From positions 4,170,001 to 4,202,000 of the forward strand of contig NZ_CP011304.1 of NCBI RefSeq assembly GCF_000981785.2: 32,000 nt of DNA, written 5' to 3'. Of this stretch, positions 15,238 to 24,097 are shown piece by piece. The position numbers and the translations under genes were made by a program. The notes beneath the pieces were generated by a model. The model was not told the origin of the DNA, ran no database searches, and was given only the letters and a program-made list of their open reading frames with translations. The stretch is from Microcystis aeruginosa NIES-2549 (GTDB lineage: Bacteria > Cyanobacteriota > Cyanobacteriia > Cyanobacteriales > Microcystaceae). How positions within the stretch are numbered: position 1 is the stretch's first letter; every line of letters begins with the position of its first letter.

Positions 15238-16362
15238 TTATTTTTTGCTAATCTGAATTTGTAGGTCGAAATCTTGATGGTTATGGTGATAGGTTAAAGT
15301 CAGGTAATTTTTATCTATCTTCACCTCCTGAGTTAGTTGATTACCTCGATAAAAAATCTCTGCTTGTTTACTGGGTTTCAGATATAACTGATTGCCGCGT
15401 CTTTCTAAATAGCAGCGAATTTCTTCCCCAGCACGAGAAAAGGTATTCTTCTTATGTTCTTCACCACCGATGTTAATTTTTCCAGATGTTTTTAAAATAT
15501 ATTTTTGGGTTTCATCTTCATCATCATTAGAGGAGACTTCAATAGTCCAAGCAGTATTTAACAGCAACCAGTGACGAATTCCCAAAATACTCGCTACTAT
15601 TCCCCCAATTCCCATTAATGTAATTACCAATGCTGGCAACCATAACTGACTCAAGAGATAAGGATTAATCAAACAGGTTTCTTGTCCTCCCGGTGCGGGA
15701 GTACAAAACTCTTGTGCTGTGGGAGCAATATCGACAACTGATAGTTGATATTTATTGCCGTTAGTGGCGGTAATTTCTTGGGTTCTTAGATTAATTGGTA
15801 GGGAATTAAGCCAGTTTTGTCTCTCCAAACTTTCGGGAGAATCAGCAAGACGAAAAGGGCTATTTTTTGGGGTTTCTATCCACTGTTGGGAAGTAATCCC
15901 CGCGCCAGTAGAAAGGGGTGCATCGGTAATCCAAACTACCGACTGGGGTTTGATAGCTTGATTGGCAGTTAAACGACACTGATTTAAGCGTGCCAGTCGG
16001 GGATAAACGTGCCATTCTGCTTGCTGAATATCGGTATTTTTAGCACTTTGGCTAGATTGCCAGGGAATCGCCTTTAAAACCGCGTCTATATCTTCCTGAC
16101 TCCGAATTAAAATCGGTTCTGCAATCGGTTGAACATTATCAGCAAAGGGGAATAAATAAACGGAATCGTTATTTTTTAAACTATCGCGAATAATTTGACC
16201 GAGGCGCGTGCGTCCTTCATCATTAAAGTTAACACTACCGGTAAGATCGATCGCTAGGATAACATCTCGTCCCTGCCAACGAGCCACCAAATCTAATCCG
16301 AGTTTTTGCCAATCAGTAAGCGGTTCCCCGGGGGATACCGTTAAACATTCAGCACTTTTCAT
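15238..16362 (-). CDS. vWA-domain protein with a central TM helix and a C-terminal beta-rich (degenerate FHA-like) domain
   Basis: 374 aa. The MIDAS-like start of a vWA fold is VILAIDLTGSVNFNDEGR ... SVYLFPFADNV ... VVWITDAPL. The TM is LWLPALVITLMGIGGIVASILGI. The tail YILKTSGKINIGGEE...IRCYLERRGNQLYLKP...IFYRGNQL resembles an FHA topology but lacks the canonical R/S/H residues. The stop is 17 nt before the tubulin-like start. Confidence 0.65.
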   Translation of the reverse strand: MKSAECLTVSPGEPLTDWQKLGLDLVARWQGRDVILAIDLTGSVNFNDEGRTRLGQIIRDSLKNNDSVYLFPFADNVQPIAEPILIRSQEDIDAVLKAIPWQSSQSAKNTDIQQAEWHVYPRLARLNQCRLTANQAIKPQSVVWITDAPLSTGAGITSQQWIETPKNSPFRLADSPESLERQNWLNSLPINLRTQEITATNGNKYQLSVVDIAPTAQEFCTPAPGGQETCLINPYLLSQLWLPALVITLMGIGGIVASILGIRHWLLLNTAWTIEVSSNDDEDETQKYILKTSGKINIGGEEHKKNTFSRAGEEIRCYLERRGNQLYLKPSKQAEIFYRGNQLTQEVKIDKNYLTLTYHHNHQDFDLQIQISKK

Positions 16363-16615
16363 CTAACCTCGTCCGAGAGTGAAAAATTGAGCTTATCCCT
16401 ATTCTTGCCCCATTGTACTAAAAAAGTTAATACTTCTTAAAAGTTTTTTTCGCTTTTATTCTCGATTTGCCCTAGGTTATTCTCAATAGTAACCATAGAC
16501 TAAAATAAATTTTAAAGTTAAGCTGCCCGCGCATTTAAATTGCTTGTTGAGATAAGGCAAGAGGCAACAGCAAAGGGGGGAGATTCAGAGGTTAAAATGT
16601 GTCCTAGCTTATCCT

Positions 16616-17599
16616 CTAACCACCTAATCCTAATTCTCGTCTGAGCAATTGAATTGATTTATCCCCAATATAATTATCACTACAGATAATTTCTGGCAGA
16701 CGAATTAAATCCGATCGCACTTCATTAATCATATTTTTAATTAAAGTATAACTCGCTTGATCACTGATAATTGTCTGGGAAGTTCGAGCTAAAACTTTTA
16801 ACTTATCCGTTTCATGAATTTGGGCAGACATAACTAATAAATCATCGCCCCGTAAACTATGAATTAAAACTTCGGCCACCTTAATAATACCGGTGCTAAT
16901 ACTGACAATCCCCAAGCGGCTATCGGTGGGTAATTTTTTGATTAATGCCAATTCCTTGCTGTAATCGTAGATATCGATGGGAATGACTCGTAATTGAAAA
17001 GGAGCGGCAATTTCCTCCGCTACACTGATAAAATAGCGACTGGTGACAACAGTGGCAGATTTAGTATTGGCTAAAACTTGGGCTAAATCCTCCATTGCCA
17101 CTAATTGGACGGGAATTTTGAGGGATTGCTCTAATTCTCTCAACATTAGTTCTCCTGCACCCAAATCGTGACGGGGAATGGTGACAAGAACTTGAGAACT
17201 ACACTGCGATCGCCAATCGATTTCCGCCAGTAATAACTCGCGAATTTGCTCTAGAGTTAAACCTTGAGCGAGAAAACTAGCCAAACTCTGGCTAATTAGT
17301 CGGCCTATTTCTGGATTTTGTTCCAATAGGGGCGAACCCAATAAATTATCGTTTTCATGTCCGCGAGCCTTGACATAAATCCCCGAACCTGCTATGGATT
17401 CCACTAACCCATCGTCTTCCAGTTGTTGATAAATTTTACTTATCGTATTACGGTGTAATCCCGTGATCATAGCTAGTTGACGGGTACTAGGTAAACGATG
17501 GCCCGGTGGATACTGACGAGAGGCGATAGCGAAGCGAATTTGGTCAAATAATTGCTTAGAGGCGGGGATTTCACTGTCTGGCTGGATTTGGAACTGCAT
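16616..17599 (-). CDS. GntR-family transcriptional regulator (winged HTH plus a large C-terminal domain; possibly the cyanobacterial PlmA-type subfamily)
   Basis: Starting at MQFQIQPD..., the N-terminus fits the GntR HTH: QLFDQIRFAIASRQYPPGHRLPSTRQLAMITGLHRNTISKIYQQLEDDGLVESIAGSGIYV. The 42 upstream codons of the ORF (to 17725) look non-homologous. Confidence 0.75.
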   Translation of the reverse strand: MQFQIQPDSEIPASKQLFDQIRFAIASRQYPPGHRLPSTRQLAMITGLHRNTISKIYQQLEDDGLVESIAGSGIYVKARGHENDNLLGSPLLEQNPEIGRLISQSLASFLAQGLTLEQIRELLLAEIDWRSQCSSQVLVTIPRHDLGAGELMLRELEQSLKIPVQLVAMEDLAQVLANTKSATVVTSRYFISVAEEIAAPFQLRVIPIDIYDYSKELALIKKLPTDSRLGIVSISTGIIKVAEVLIHSLRGDDLLVMSAQIHETDKLKVLARTSQTIISDQASYTLIKNMINEVRSDLIRLPEIICSDNYIGDKSIQLLRRELGLGG

Positions 17600-17843
17600 C
17601 GGATCACTTCGCTCACAAACTACTTTCGCTGATACCCATTCTATCATTAGACCCCCTGCAACAATCGGATATCTTCCCCGATCTGAGGGGTTTCCGAGGC
17701 AGTATTCAGGAGCCAGAAGCAGCAAAAACCAAGATATTATTTATTTAAACTAGAAAAGCCACTTTTTTACTTAAAAATAGTTAAAACAATCATTTTAATC
17801 CGTCCCCGAAATCCCACTTGTGCGGTAGATAGTCAATAGCTGA

Positions 17844-18554
17844 TTAAGGGGATTGATCCTCGTGGAGAAGTTTTAAGCGATCGCTCAAGGTTTTGGTTAA
17901 GCGGACAGTTTCCCGTTTTAGCGAATTTTGTTGATAATCAAGCACATTAATCCCTTGACCGATATTTACTATCGCTTCGCTTCCCCATCCGGGGTAAGGC
18001 TGATTATAACTAATGCTTACAGGCAAAATCTTGATATCTGCATCGGGTTTGATGGTCTTAACTTCCAACGCGATCCGCGCTACCCCCGGTTTCAGGGGAT
18101 GAACTACTCGATCGCGACAGATACCCCCTTCCGGAAAAATCGCCACCATTTCCCCCGCGGCCAAAAGTTCGACGCTATGGACTAGACTACCCATACCGGG
18201 GTGATCGGTGTTGACGGGAAAACCCCCCAAGCGTCGGATAAACCAACCTTGCACCCCTTTGATCTCGTTAGCGGAAACCATAAAGCGCAAATCGCGTCCA
18301 CTAACTAAGCGTCCCACCGCGTAGGGTAAAATCAGCGCATCCCAACGGGACCGATGGGTAGGTGCAAGGATGGCCCCCCCCGTTAGGGGAATATTTTCCT
18401 GGCCTGTCACCGTTATTTTGCTGAAAAAAGCTGGTAAAACCAGATAATTTCCCAGAAAATAACAAAAGCGAATTAAACAGGGATTAATTCGGGAATTGAC
18501 AGCAGGACTTTTTCTAATGGTGAGGGACTCGTCAACGATAGTGCTTTGAGACAT
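17844..18554 (-). CDS. plsC: 1-acyl-sn-glycerol-3-phosphate acyltransferase (PlsC family)
   Basis: 236 aa. HxxxxD acyltransferase motif (PTHRSRWD), FPEGG motif (VAIFPEGG) and an N-terminal hydrophobic anchor. Confidence 0.75.
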   Translation of the reverse strand: MSQSTIVDESLTIRKSPAVNSRINPCLIRFCYFLGNYLVLPAFFSKITVTGQENIPLTGGAILAPTHRSRWDALILPYAVGRLVSGRDLRFMVSANEIKGVQGWFIRRLGGFPVNTDHPGMGSLVHSVELLAAGEMVAIFPEGGICRDRVVHPLKPGVARIALEVKTIKPDADIKILPVSISYNQPYPGWGSEAIVNIGQGINVLDYQQNSLKRETVRLTKTLSDRLKLLHEDQSP

Positions 18555-18665
18555 CCGAGTGTTAGGAAAGATCGAGACTTTCTGACCACTTCTACTTTAG
18601 AGTAGTTGTCTGGGGGTCGCCATCTTGTCCTGACCAGTTCGGCAATTGTCTTGGGGGATTAATGG

Positions 18666-20300
18666 TTAGGATTGGGGTTGTACTCCCGATCCTACCGGTG
18701 CGATCGAGTTTAATTGCAAAGAGGGATGATCTTCTTTGACTTGCTGTAAATTCCACTCATTTTTGAATAATAAGACGGGACGACCCCAGTAATCTTTGAC
18801 AGTTAGAGTATTAAAGAGTTTACCTGCTTTTTCTAAAGCAGCCCAACCCCCGGCGACCCAACGGGCTAAACTATAGGCTAGGGGTTCGAGGGTAGTTTCG
18901 ACTCCGTACTCGCTTAAAAGACGGAATTGCACCACTTCAAACTGTAATTGACCGACGGCGGCTAAAATCGGGTCGCGTTTAAATTCATCGATCGAGGATA
19001 ATATCTGTACGGCCCCTTCTTCCTGTAATTCTGAGACTCCTTTTTGAAACTGTTTGAACTTGGAAGGGTTAGGATTTCTGAGATAGGCGAATAATTCGGG
19101 AGAAAAACAGGGAATACCTTCGTATTCGAGCTTTTTACCCATATAAATCGTATCACCGATCGCAAAGACCCCGGGGTTATTCAATCCGATCACATCTCCG
19201 GGATAAGCTTCTTCAATAACTGCCCGATCTTGGGCAAAAAGTTTCTGAGGACGGGATAAACGGATAGTTTTACCAGTTCTAGCGTGGTTTACTACCATAT
19301 CCTTCTCGAATTTCCCCGTACATACCCGCACAAAGGCCACCCGGTCCCGATGTTTGGGATCCATGTTTGCTTGCAGTTTGAAGACAAAACCGGTGAAATC
19401 GGGATAGGTGGGATCAAGGACTCCTAGGGAGGAATTGCGTCCTCTGGGTGGCAATCCATAGTCGAGGAAGGATTCTAGGAATAATTTCACCCCAAAATTG
19501 GTCATGGCGCTACCAAAAAAGATCGGGGTCATTTCTCCTGCGTGGACTGCTGGCAGATCCAATTCCGCACCCAATTCCGAGAGTAGTTCTATATCCTCTT
19601 TTAACTGGTAATACAGGTCTTTTTCGAGATGATCCTCAATTTTGGGGTCGCCAAGCTCGATCACGGTTTCCTGCGCCTCCTGAGAGCCGTGGGAGCGACG
19701 TTCAAACAGGTGTATGGTCTGGGTGGCTCGATCAAAAACTCCCCGAAAGCGATCGCCAATTCCGATCGGCCAATTGACGGGATAGGTCTGTAATCCTAAT
19801 TCTCGCTCGATTTCGTCCAATAAATCCAGCGGTTCGCGGCCGGGGCGATCCATTTTGTTAACAAAGGTAAAGATGGGTAACTGCCGCAGTTTGCACACTT
19901 CAAAGAGTTTTCTCGTTTGGGGTTCCAAACCTTTGGCCGCGTCGATTAACATCACTGCATTATCGGCAGCGGCCAGGGTACGATAGGTATCTTCGCTAAA
20001 ATCTTGGTGGCCGGGAGTATCGAGGAGATTAATCTGAAAATCACGATAATCGAACTGTAAAACCGTGGAAGTAATCGAAATTCCCCGTTGTTTTTCCATT
20101 TCCATCCAGTCGGAGGTGGCCTTGCGTTGGTCGCGTCTTGCTTTGACTGCACCCGCTTGATGGATTGCACCCCCGTATAGTAACAGTTTTTCGGTCAGGG
20201 TGGTCTTTCCCGCGTCAGGGTGGGAGATAATGGCAAAATTTCGCCGTTTTTCCAAGACAGCTTCGCTGGTTTCTAGTTCTTTTTCAATTTCGGTCGTCAT
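18666..20300 (-). CDS. prfC: Peptide chain release factor 3 (translational GTPase RF3)
   Basis: 544 aa. [27 protein letters not shown] (G1), [10 protein letters not shown] (G3), NKMDR (G4). The length and overall pattern are typical of RF3. Confidence 0.9.
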   Translation of the reverse strand: MTTEIEKELETSEAVLEKRRNFAIISHPDAGKTTLTEKLLLYGGAIHQAGAVKARRDQRKATSDWMEMEKQRGISITSTVLQFDYRDFQINLLDTPGHQDFSEDTYRTLAAADNAVMLIDAAKGLEPQTRKLFEVCKLRQLPIFTFVNKMDRPGREPLDLLDEIERELGLQTYPVNWPIGIGDRFRGVFDRATQTIHLFERRSHGSQEAQETVIELGDPKIEDHLEKDLYYQLKEDIELLSELGAELDLPAVHAGEMTPIFFGSAMTNFGVKLFLESFLDYGLPPRGRNSSLGVLDPTYPDFTGFVFKLQANMDPKHRDRVAFVRVCTGKFEKDMVVNHARTGKTIRLSRPQKLFAQDRAVIEEAYPGDVIGLNNPGVFAIGDTIYMGKKLEYEGIPCFSPELFAYLRNPNPSKFKQFQKGVSELQEEGAVQILSSIDEFKRDPILAAVGQLQFEVVQFRLLSEYGVETTLEPLAYSLARWVAGGWAALEKAGKLFNTLTVKDYWGRPVLLFKNEWNLQQVKEDHPSLQLNSIAPVGSGVQPQS

Positions 20301-20359
20301 TCTAATTTCGATCGCTTTCCTATCTTTCTATTCTAGTTTAGCTGGGGAGTTAGATATCT

Positions 20360-20698
20360 TTATGGCTCTGATTCTAGGTTAAACTCAATCCGGCTCTGTA
20401 AAACCATTTCTGCAATTACCGCTCCTCCTTTACCTTGAGCTAAAACCCGCTCAAAACGGTTGATTAATTCGGGAATATTGATCACTTCCTCTACCGATTC
20501 TAGATATCTTTCGACAATTGCCCTGATCTTGTATCTTATCTTAGCTTGCTCCGCAACTTTTTCTAAAATTTCCTCGCAAGTCTGCTCGGTTTTAACCACA
20601 AAAGTAATGGGATATTTTTGCACTTTATCAATATCTAAAAAATATTTATCAGCAGCTATCGTTTCCGTAACTTGAAAAAATCGACCTAGGGGTTTCAT
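20360..20698 (-). CDS. ORF fragment: probable C-terminal part of the adjacent restriction endonuclease (split gene or pseudogene), otherwise hypothetical
   Basis: 112 aa with no recognisable family on its own. It is in the same frame as 20756-21478 and is separated from it only by one TAA plus 19 sense codons. Confidence 0.45.
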   Translation of the reverse strand: MKPLGRFFQVTETIAADKYFLDIDKVQKYPITFVVKTEQTCEEILEKVAEQAKIRYKIRAIVERYLESVEEVINIPELINRFERVLAQGKGGAVIAEMVLQSRIEFNLESEP

Positions 20699-20755
20699 GA
20701 CAAAATCTATCCCCCCGTCATTGGCATTTGTTCGACCAGTTTTATATAAAAGTAA

Positions 20756-21478
20756 TTATTCAGAGTTTAAGCGATCAGGCGACCATCCCCAATATATTTT
20801 CTGTTCCCCATAATACTCTTTAAGAATTGCATAACTGACAATCTCAAAAACTCTAGCATCAATGTTTGGTCTGAGTAAACTCCGAATAAATTCAATGGCT
20901 TTCTGGGGATCTTGCTGTTGAATATCAATCATCTGTTGACAATAGCTGATAAATTGATTAAATGCTTTTTGTCTTGTTTGCACATAGGCATCAATTATAT
21001 CTATAATCACTGGCGCAATATTAACTTGATTACCCTCTAGATAAAACTTAATTAGATTCTCATTAATCCAGTATCTATTGGTTTTAACATCTCTAATTAT
21101 CGGCAGATAAGATAAGGTGGGAAAATACTTGTTAAATTCCTGATTTAATCGATGATTGAGAGCATGATTTTGTAATTTATTGCCAAAAGGAAGCTCCCTT
21201 TGCCTGCGAAAAAGTGTCATATACTGAGCGCCTTGATACTCGTCGTATCCATCCTTAAGATGAAACTCATTATTAATATAGTCTTCCACTAAAACATAAA
21301 TTGCATAATGGTTAGCCAATCCTGCTCGGGATTTAGAACCTCGATTAGCAGCTCTAGTTTTAATGTTCAAATATTGCAATAACTCACTAGCATTTAAAAT
21401 ACTATTTCCCTGATTAGGAAAGTAATTATCGATAATTTTAATAATTATCTTGGTGAATTCATGCTTTACTATCGACAT
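20756..21478 (-). CDS. Putative type II restriction endonuclease, N-terminal fragment (ends inside an Mrr-like PD-(D/E)xK core)
   Basis: The start at MSIVKHEF (21478) overlaps the upstream methyltransferase stop by 20 nt. The C-terminus ...DARVFEIVSYAILKEYYGEQ... resembles the first helix of Mrr-type nuclease domains. The role assignment is mainly positional. Confidence 0.5.
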   Translation of the reverse strand: MSIVKHEFTKIIIKIIDNYFPNQGNSILNASELLQYLNIKTRAANRGSKSRAGLANHYAIYVLVEDYINNEFHLKDGYDEYQGAQYMTLFRRQRELPFGNKLQNHALNHRLNQEFNKYFPTLSYLPIIRDVKTNRYWINENLIKFYLEGNQVNIAPVIIDIIDAYVQTRQKAFNQFISYCQQMIDIQQQDPQKAIEFIRSLLRPNIDARVFEIVSYAILKEYYGEQKIYWGWSPDRLNSE

Positions 21479-22352
21479 CGAAAAGACTCTCCTGTACAAA
21501 GTTAGATTCTTGTTTATTTTCGCTTTTTCTACTATAGCTTTTTTGAGGAGGGAGTAACTTTTCTCCCTTGTATTCTTGCCATCCGAGAATCCGTCGAAGA
21601 CCAATTTTTAAATACTGCTCTTGTAATTCTATACTAATAGAAATTCTTCCCAAACGTTTAGCTACAGCTGCAGATGTAAAAGTTCCTGCAAATGGATCAA
21701 GCACAATTCCACTCTTGTCAGTGCTGGCCAAAATAATTCTTTCTAGCAATGATTCAGGTTTTTGTGAAGGATGATTTTCGTATTCATCCATGCGATATCT
21801 GACCCTAGGGAAATACCAGACATTGCCCGGCACTTTCTCTGTATTGTATTGACTCGGAATCGCTTTTCTATAATCAATTAGTTTTCGTTTTGCTCCAGTT
21901 TTTGCTTCTATCTTAATATCCTTTGAATTAAAAGTGTAATTATTTTTATCTTTCACACAGTGAAGTATTGGTTCATACATCGAACCAAAGTATTTTGTTG
22001 CTTGTACTCCTGAACTATCATAATGCCAGATAATACGACTAAGAATCGTCATTTTTTGTCTTAAGTAAAGATCAAAGTAAGGCATTGCTTGAGTGCTGGC
22101 CATAACATATAATGTTCCCTGGGGTTTCAAGATACGAAGACACTGATCAAGAATTTGATTTGCCCAATTTATATAATCATTTTCCGATTCCCATTTGTCG
22201 TAAAAATCGGCAAAGTGCTTACCTATATTATAGGGAGGATCGAGAAAAATTAGATCTACAGAATTAGAGGCAATCTCACTGGATAAAATCGGCAAAGAAT
22301 CACCATGAAATATAACTTGCTCATCAGCTTCGTATCGTTTAAACATGATCAT
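21459..22352 (-). CDS. Beta-class DNA amino-methyltransferase (N6-adenine or N4-cytosine)
   Basis: 297 aa. Motif IV LIFLDPPYN is near the N-terminus and motif I VLDPFAGTFTSA is near the C-terminus, which is the IV-before-I order of beta-class MTases. Confidence 0.85.
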   Translation of the reverse strand: MIMFKRYEADEQVIFHGDSLPILSSEIASNSVDLIFLDPPYNIGKHFADFYDKWESENDYINWANQILDQCLRILKPQGTLYVMASTQAMPYFDLYLRQKMTILSRIIWHYDSSGVQATKYFGSMYEPILHCVKDKNNYTFNSKDIKIEAKTGAKRKLIDYRKAIPSQYNTEKVPGNVWYFPRVRYRMDEYENHPSQKPESLLERIILASTDKSGIVLDPFAGTFTSAAVAKRLGRISISIELQEQYLKIGLRRILGWQEYKGEKLLPPQKSYSRKSENKQESNFVQESLFDVDSKA

Positions 22353-22561
22353 TTTTTTAATTTAAAGTAGTTAGATTTTTACTAGGAAATGTCTCAATTT
22401 TTAACCTCCTTAGCGATTAGGATAATTGACAGACTTTATCATAAATATGAAGTATAACCTAATTTGGTATTGATGACCGACTTCTGACGACAGACTCCCC
22501 ACAACAAAAACTTGGATTTTTAAGCCTTTAAATATTTTAATATGAGTCAGTATCCCGCAGT

Positions 22562-23953
22562 CTAATAATCAGTCCGAATTATTTCTAGTAAATTTCTAGC
22601 CACTGCTTCCACTACAGTGATAGGAACAGAATTTCCGAATTGTTTTTTAGCGATAGCTGACTGTGGATGATAGATAAAATTATCGGGGAATCCTTGTAAT
22701 TTACGCGCATCTTGGGGAGTAATTTCTCGAAACTTTTTGGGTTTATAGATTTTCTTTAAAAACAATTGTTTGTATTCTTGGGGATGAGTAGCGGTAATTG
22801 AAATAGTGGCAATATAATCTTTAGCACCCGTAGCGGTTAGGGTAGGAATAATATCGGCCGTCGGTAAAATAATCCGATAAATGCCGTTAATTCCCGTCAT
22901 ATTTTTCGAGTTAATAAATTCATACTTACCTGCGGTCGTTTGCCAACAAATACCCAGAGAAACTAACTGATTTAGTTCCTCGATTTTTAGGTCGGGTATA
23001 ATTTCCAAAAAAGTAGAAAAAGCCACGGGATGACCATCTTTTTCGCCATACTTTTTACTGCGTCTTAATTTCAGCAAAGCTAAACAGATACTTTTTTGTC
23101 GTTCCGTAGTTTTGATAATATCCCAAGAATGAATAGTTGTGTGGCCATTTCTTAAATCAGAAAAAATAAAGAAGTCATTTAATTCATCTTCTTTTTGAAA
23201 ACGAGTTCTCGATGGAGGAACAAAACCATTAAATAAAGTATCTGCTGATAACTTAACTTTCTCGACGGGTTGAATATTTTTGATGTCTTCTAAAATATCT
23301 AAAACCTTGGGATGGATACCCAAAGGTAAAGGAAATTTAAACCGCTCATAGTTATCTATATTTTTTCTAATTCCTACGATAAAAACTCTCTCGCGATTCT
23401 GGGGTAAACCAAAATCGTAGGCATTTAATAACTGCCAGTAAACTTGATAACCACAGCTAGTTAATTCATCGATAATTAACTCTAAATTCTCCCGATTGCG
23501 AGGACTAGCTAACCCACTGACATTCTCGAAAATAAAGCTTTTGGGTTGACTTTTCTGGACTAATTTAATCACATCAAACCAGAGTTTTCCCCGGGGATCT
23601 TCAAATCCCCGTAAACATCCCGCCACCGACCAAGGTTGACAGGGAACGCCGCCGACAATAAGATCAAGATTATCGGGTAAATTGCTGATTTTACTCACAT
23701 CTCCGAAAGCAATTTCATCGCTGTTGAGATAGCTAATAAAATTCTGTTGATAAACTTGGATGGCCTGTTTATCAATTTCTGAATAACCTAAACAACGTCC
23801 TCCCAATTTCTCCAAAGCGATTCTAAACCCACCGATTCCCGCGAATAAATCGACAAAACGATACTGGGGATGGGTGATAACTAGATGTAGGGGTAATTGG
23901 GTTTGTGTGCTGACTTTAACTGTGGTTTTCAAGGGTAAATAATTGCTTTTCAC
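22562..23953 (-). CDS. DNA (cytosine-5)-methyltransferase
   Basis: 463 aa. Motif I DLFAGIGGF, motif IV GGVPCQPWS, motif VI FENV, motif VIII QNRERVFIVG, a ~200-aa variable target-recognition region, and motif X GNSVPITVV. Confidence 0.9.
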   Translation of the reverse strand: MKSNYLPLKTTVKVSTQTQLPLHLVITHPQYRFVDLFAGIGGFRIALEKLGGRCLGYSEIDKQAIQVYQQNFISYLNSDEIAFGDVSKISNLPDNLDLIVGGVPCQPWSVAGCLRGFEDPRGKLWFDVIKLVQKSQPKSFIFENVSGLASPRNRENLELIIDELTSCGYQVYWQLLNAYDFGLPQNRERVFIVGIRKNIDNYERFKFPLPLGIHPKVLDILEDIKNIQPVEKVKLSADTLFNGFVPPSRTRFQKEDELNDFFIFSDLRNGHTTIHSWDIIKTTERQKSICLALLKLRRSKKYGEKDGHPVAFSTFLEIIPDLKIEELNQLVSLGICWQTTAGKYEFINSKNMTGINGIYRIILPTADIIPTLTATGAKDYIATISITATHPQEYKQLFLKKIYKPKKFREITPQDARKLQGFPDNFIYHPQSAIAKKQFGNSVPITVVEAVARNLLEIIRTDY

Positions 23954-24097
23954 CGTCTGGGAAGATGCCTATCTGTACTAAATATTTTAGTATAAATTAA
24001 GAGTTTTTTTCCAGAGACCTCTTGATATCTAAAAACTCAGATAAATTTGACATAATCTTAGATTTTATGCCTTAGGATAGTTGTCTCTTCTGTTTTT

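Noticed and set aside
17600-17725. A 42-codon N-terminal extension of the GntR ORF, and likewise 21479-21604 for the endonuclease ORF
   Set aside because: The extensions precede the canonical family N-terminus. For the endonuclease ORF, the extension would overlap the methyltransferase by 146 nt. The internal ATGs at 17599 and 21478 give the standard architecture.
19448-19777. A 109-aa plus-strand ORF, plus the small minus-strand ORFs 18962-19165 and 19952-20170, within prfC
   Set aside because: They overlap the well-supported RF3 coding frame and their Arg/Pro/Ser-rich translations are typical of out-of-frame reading. The same reasoning applies to 5464-5655, 11418-11660, 15755-15961, 17928-18185, 20200-20382, 20460-20675, 21568-21774, 24305-24768, 25348-25545, 25903-26175, 27122-27448, 27822-28202, 28635-28838 and 30516-30827.
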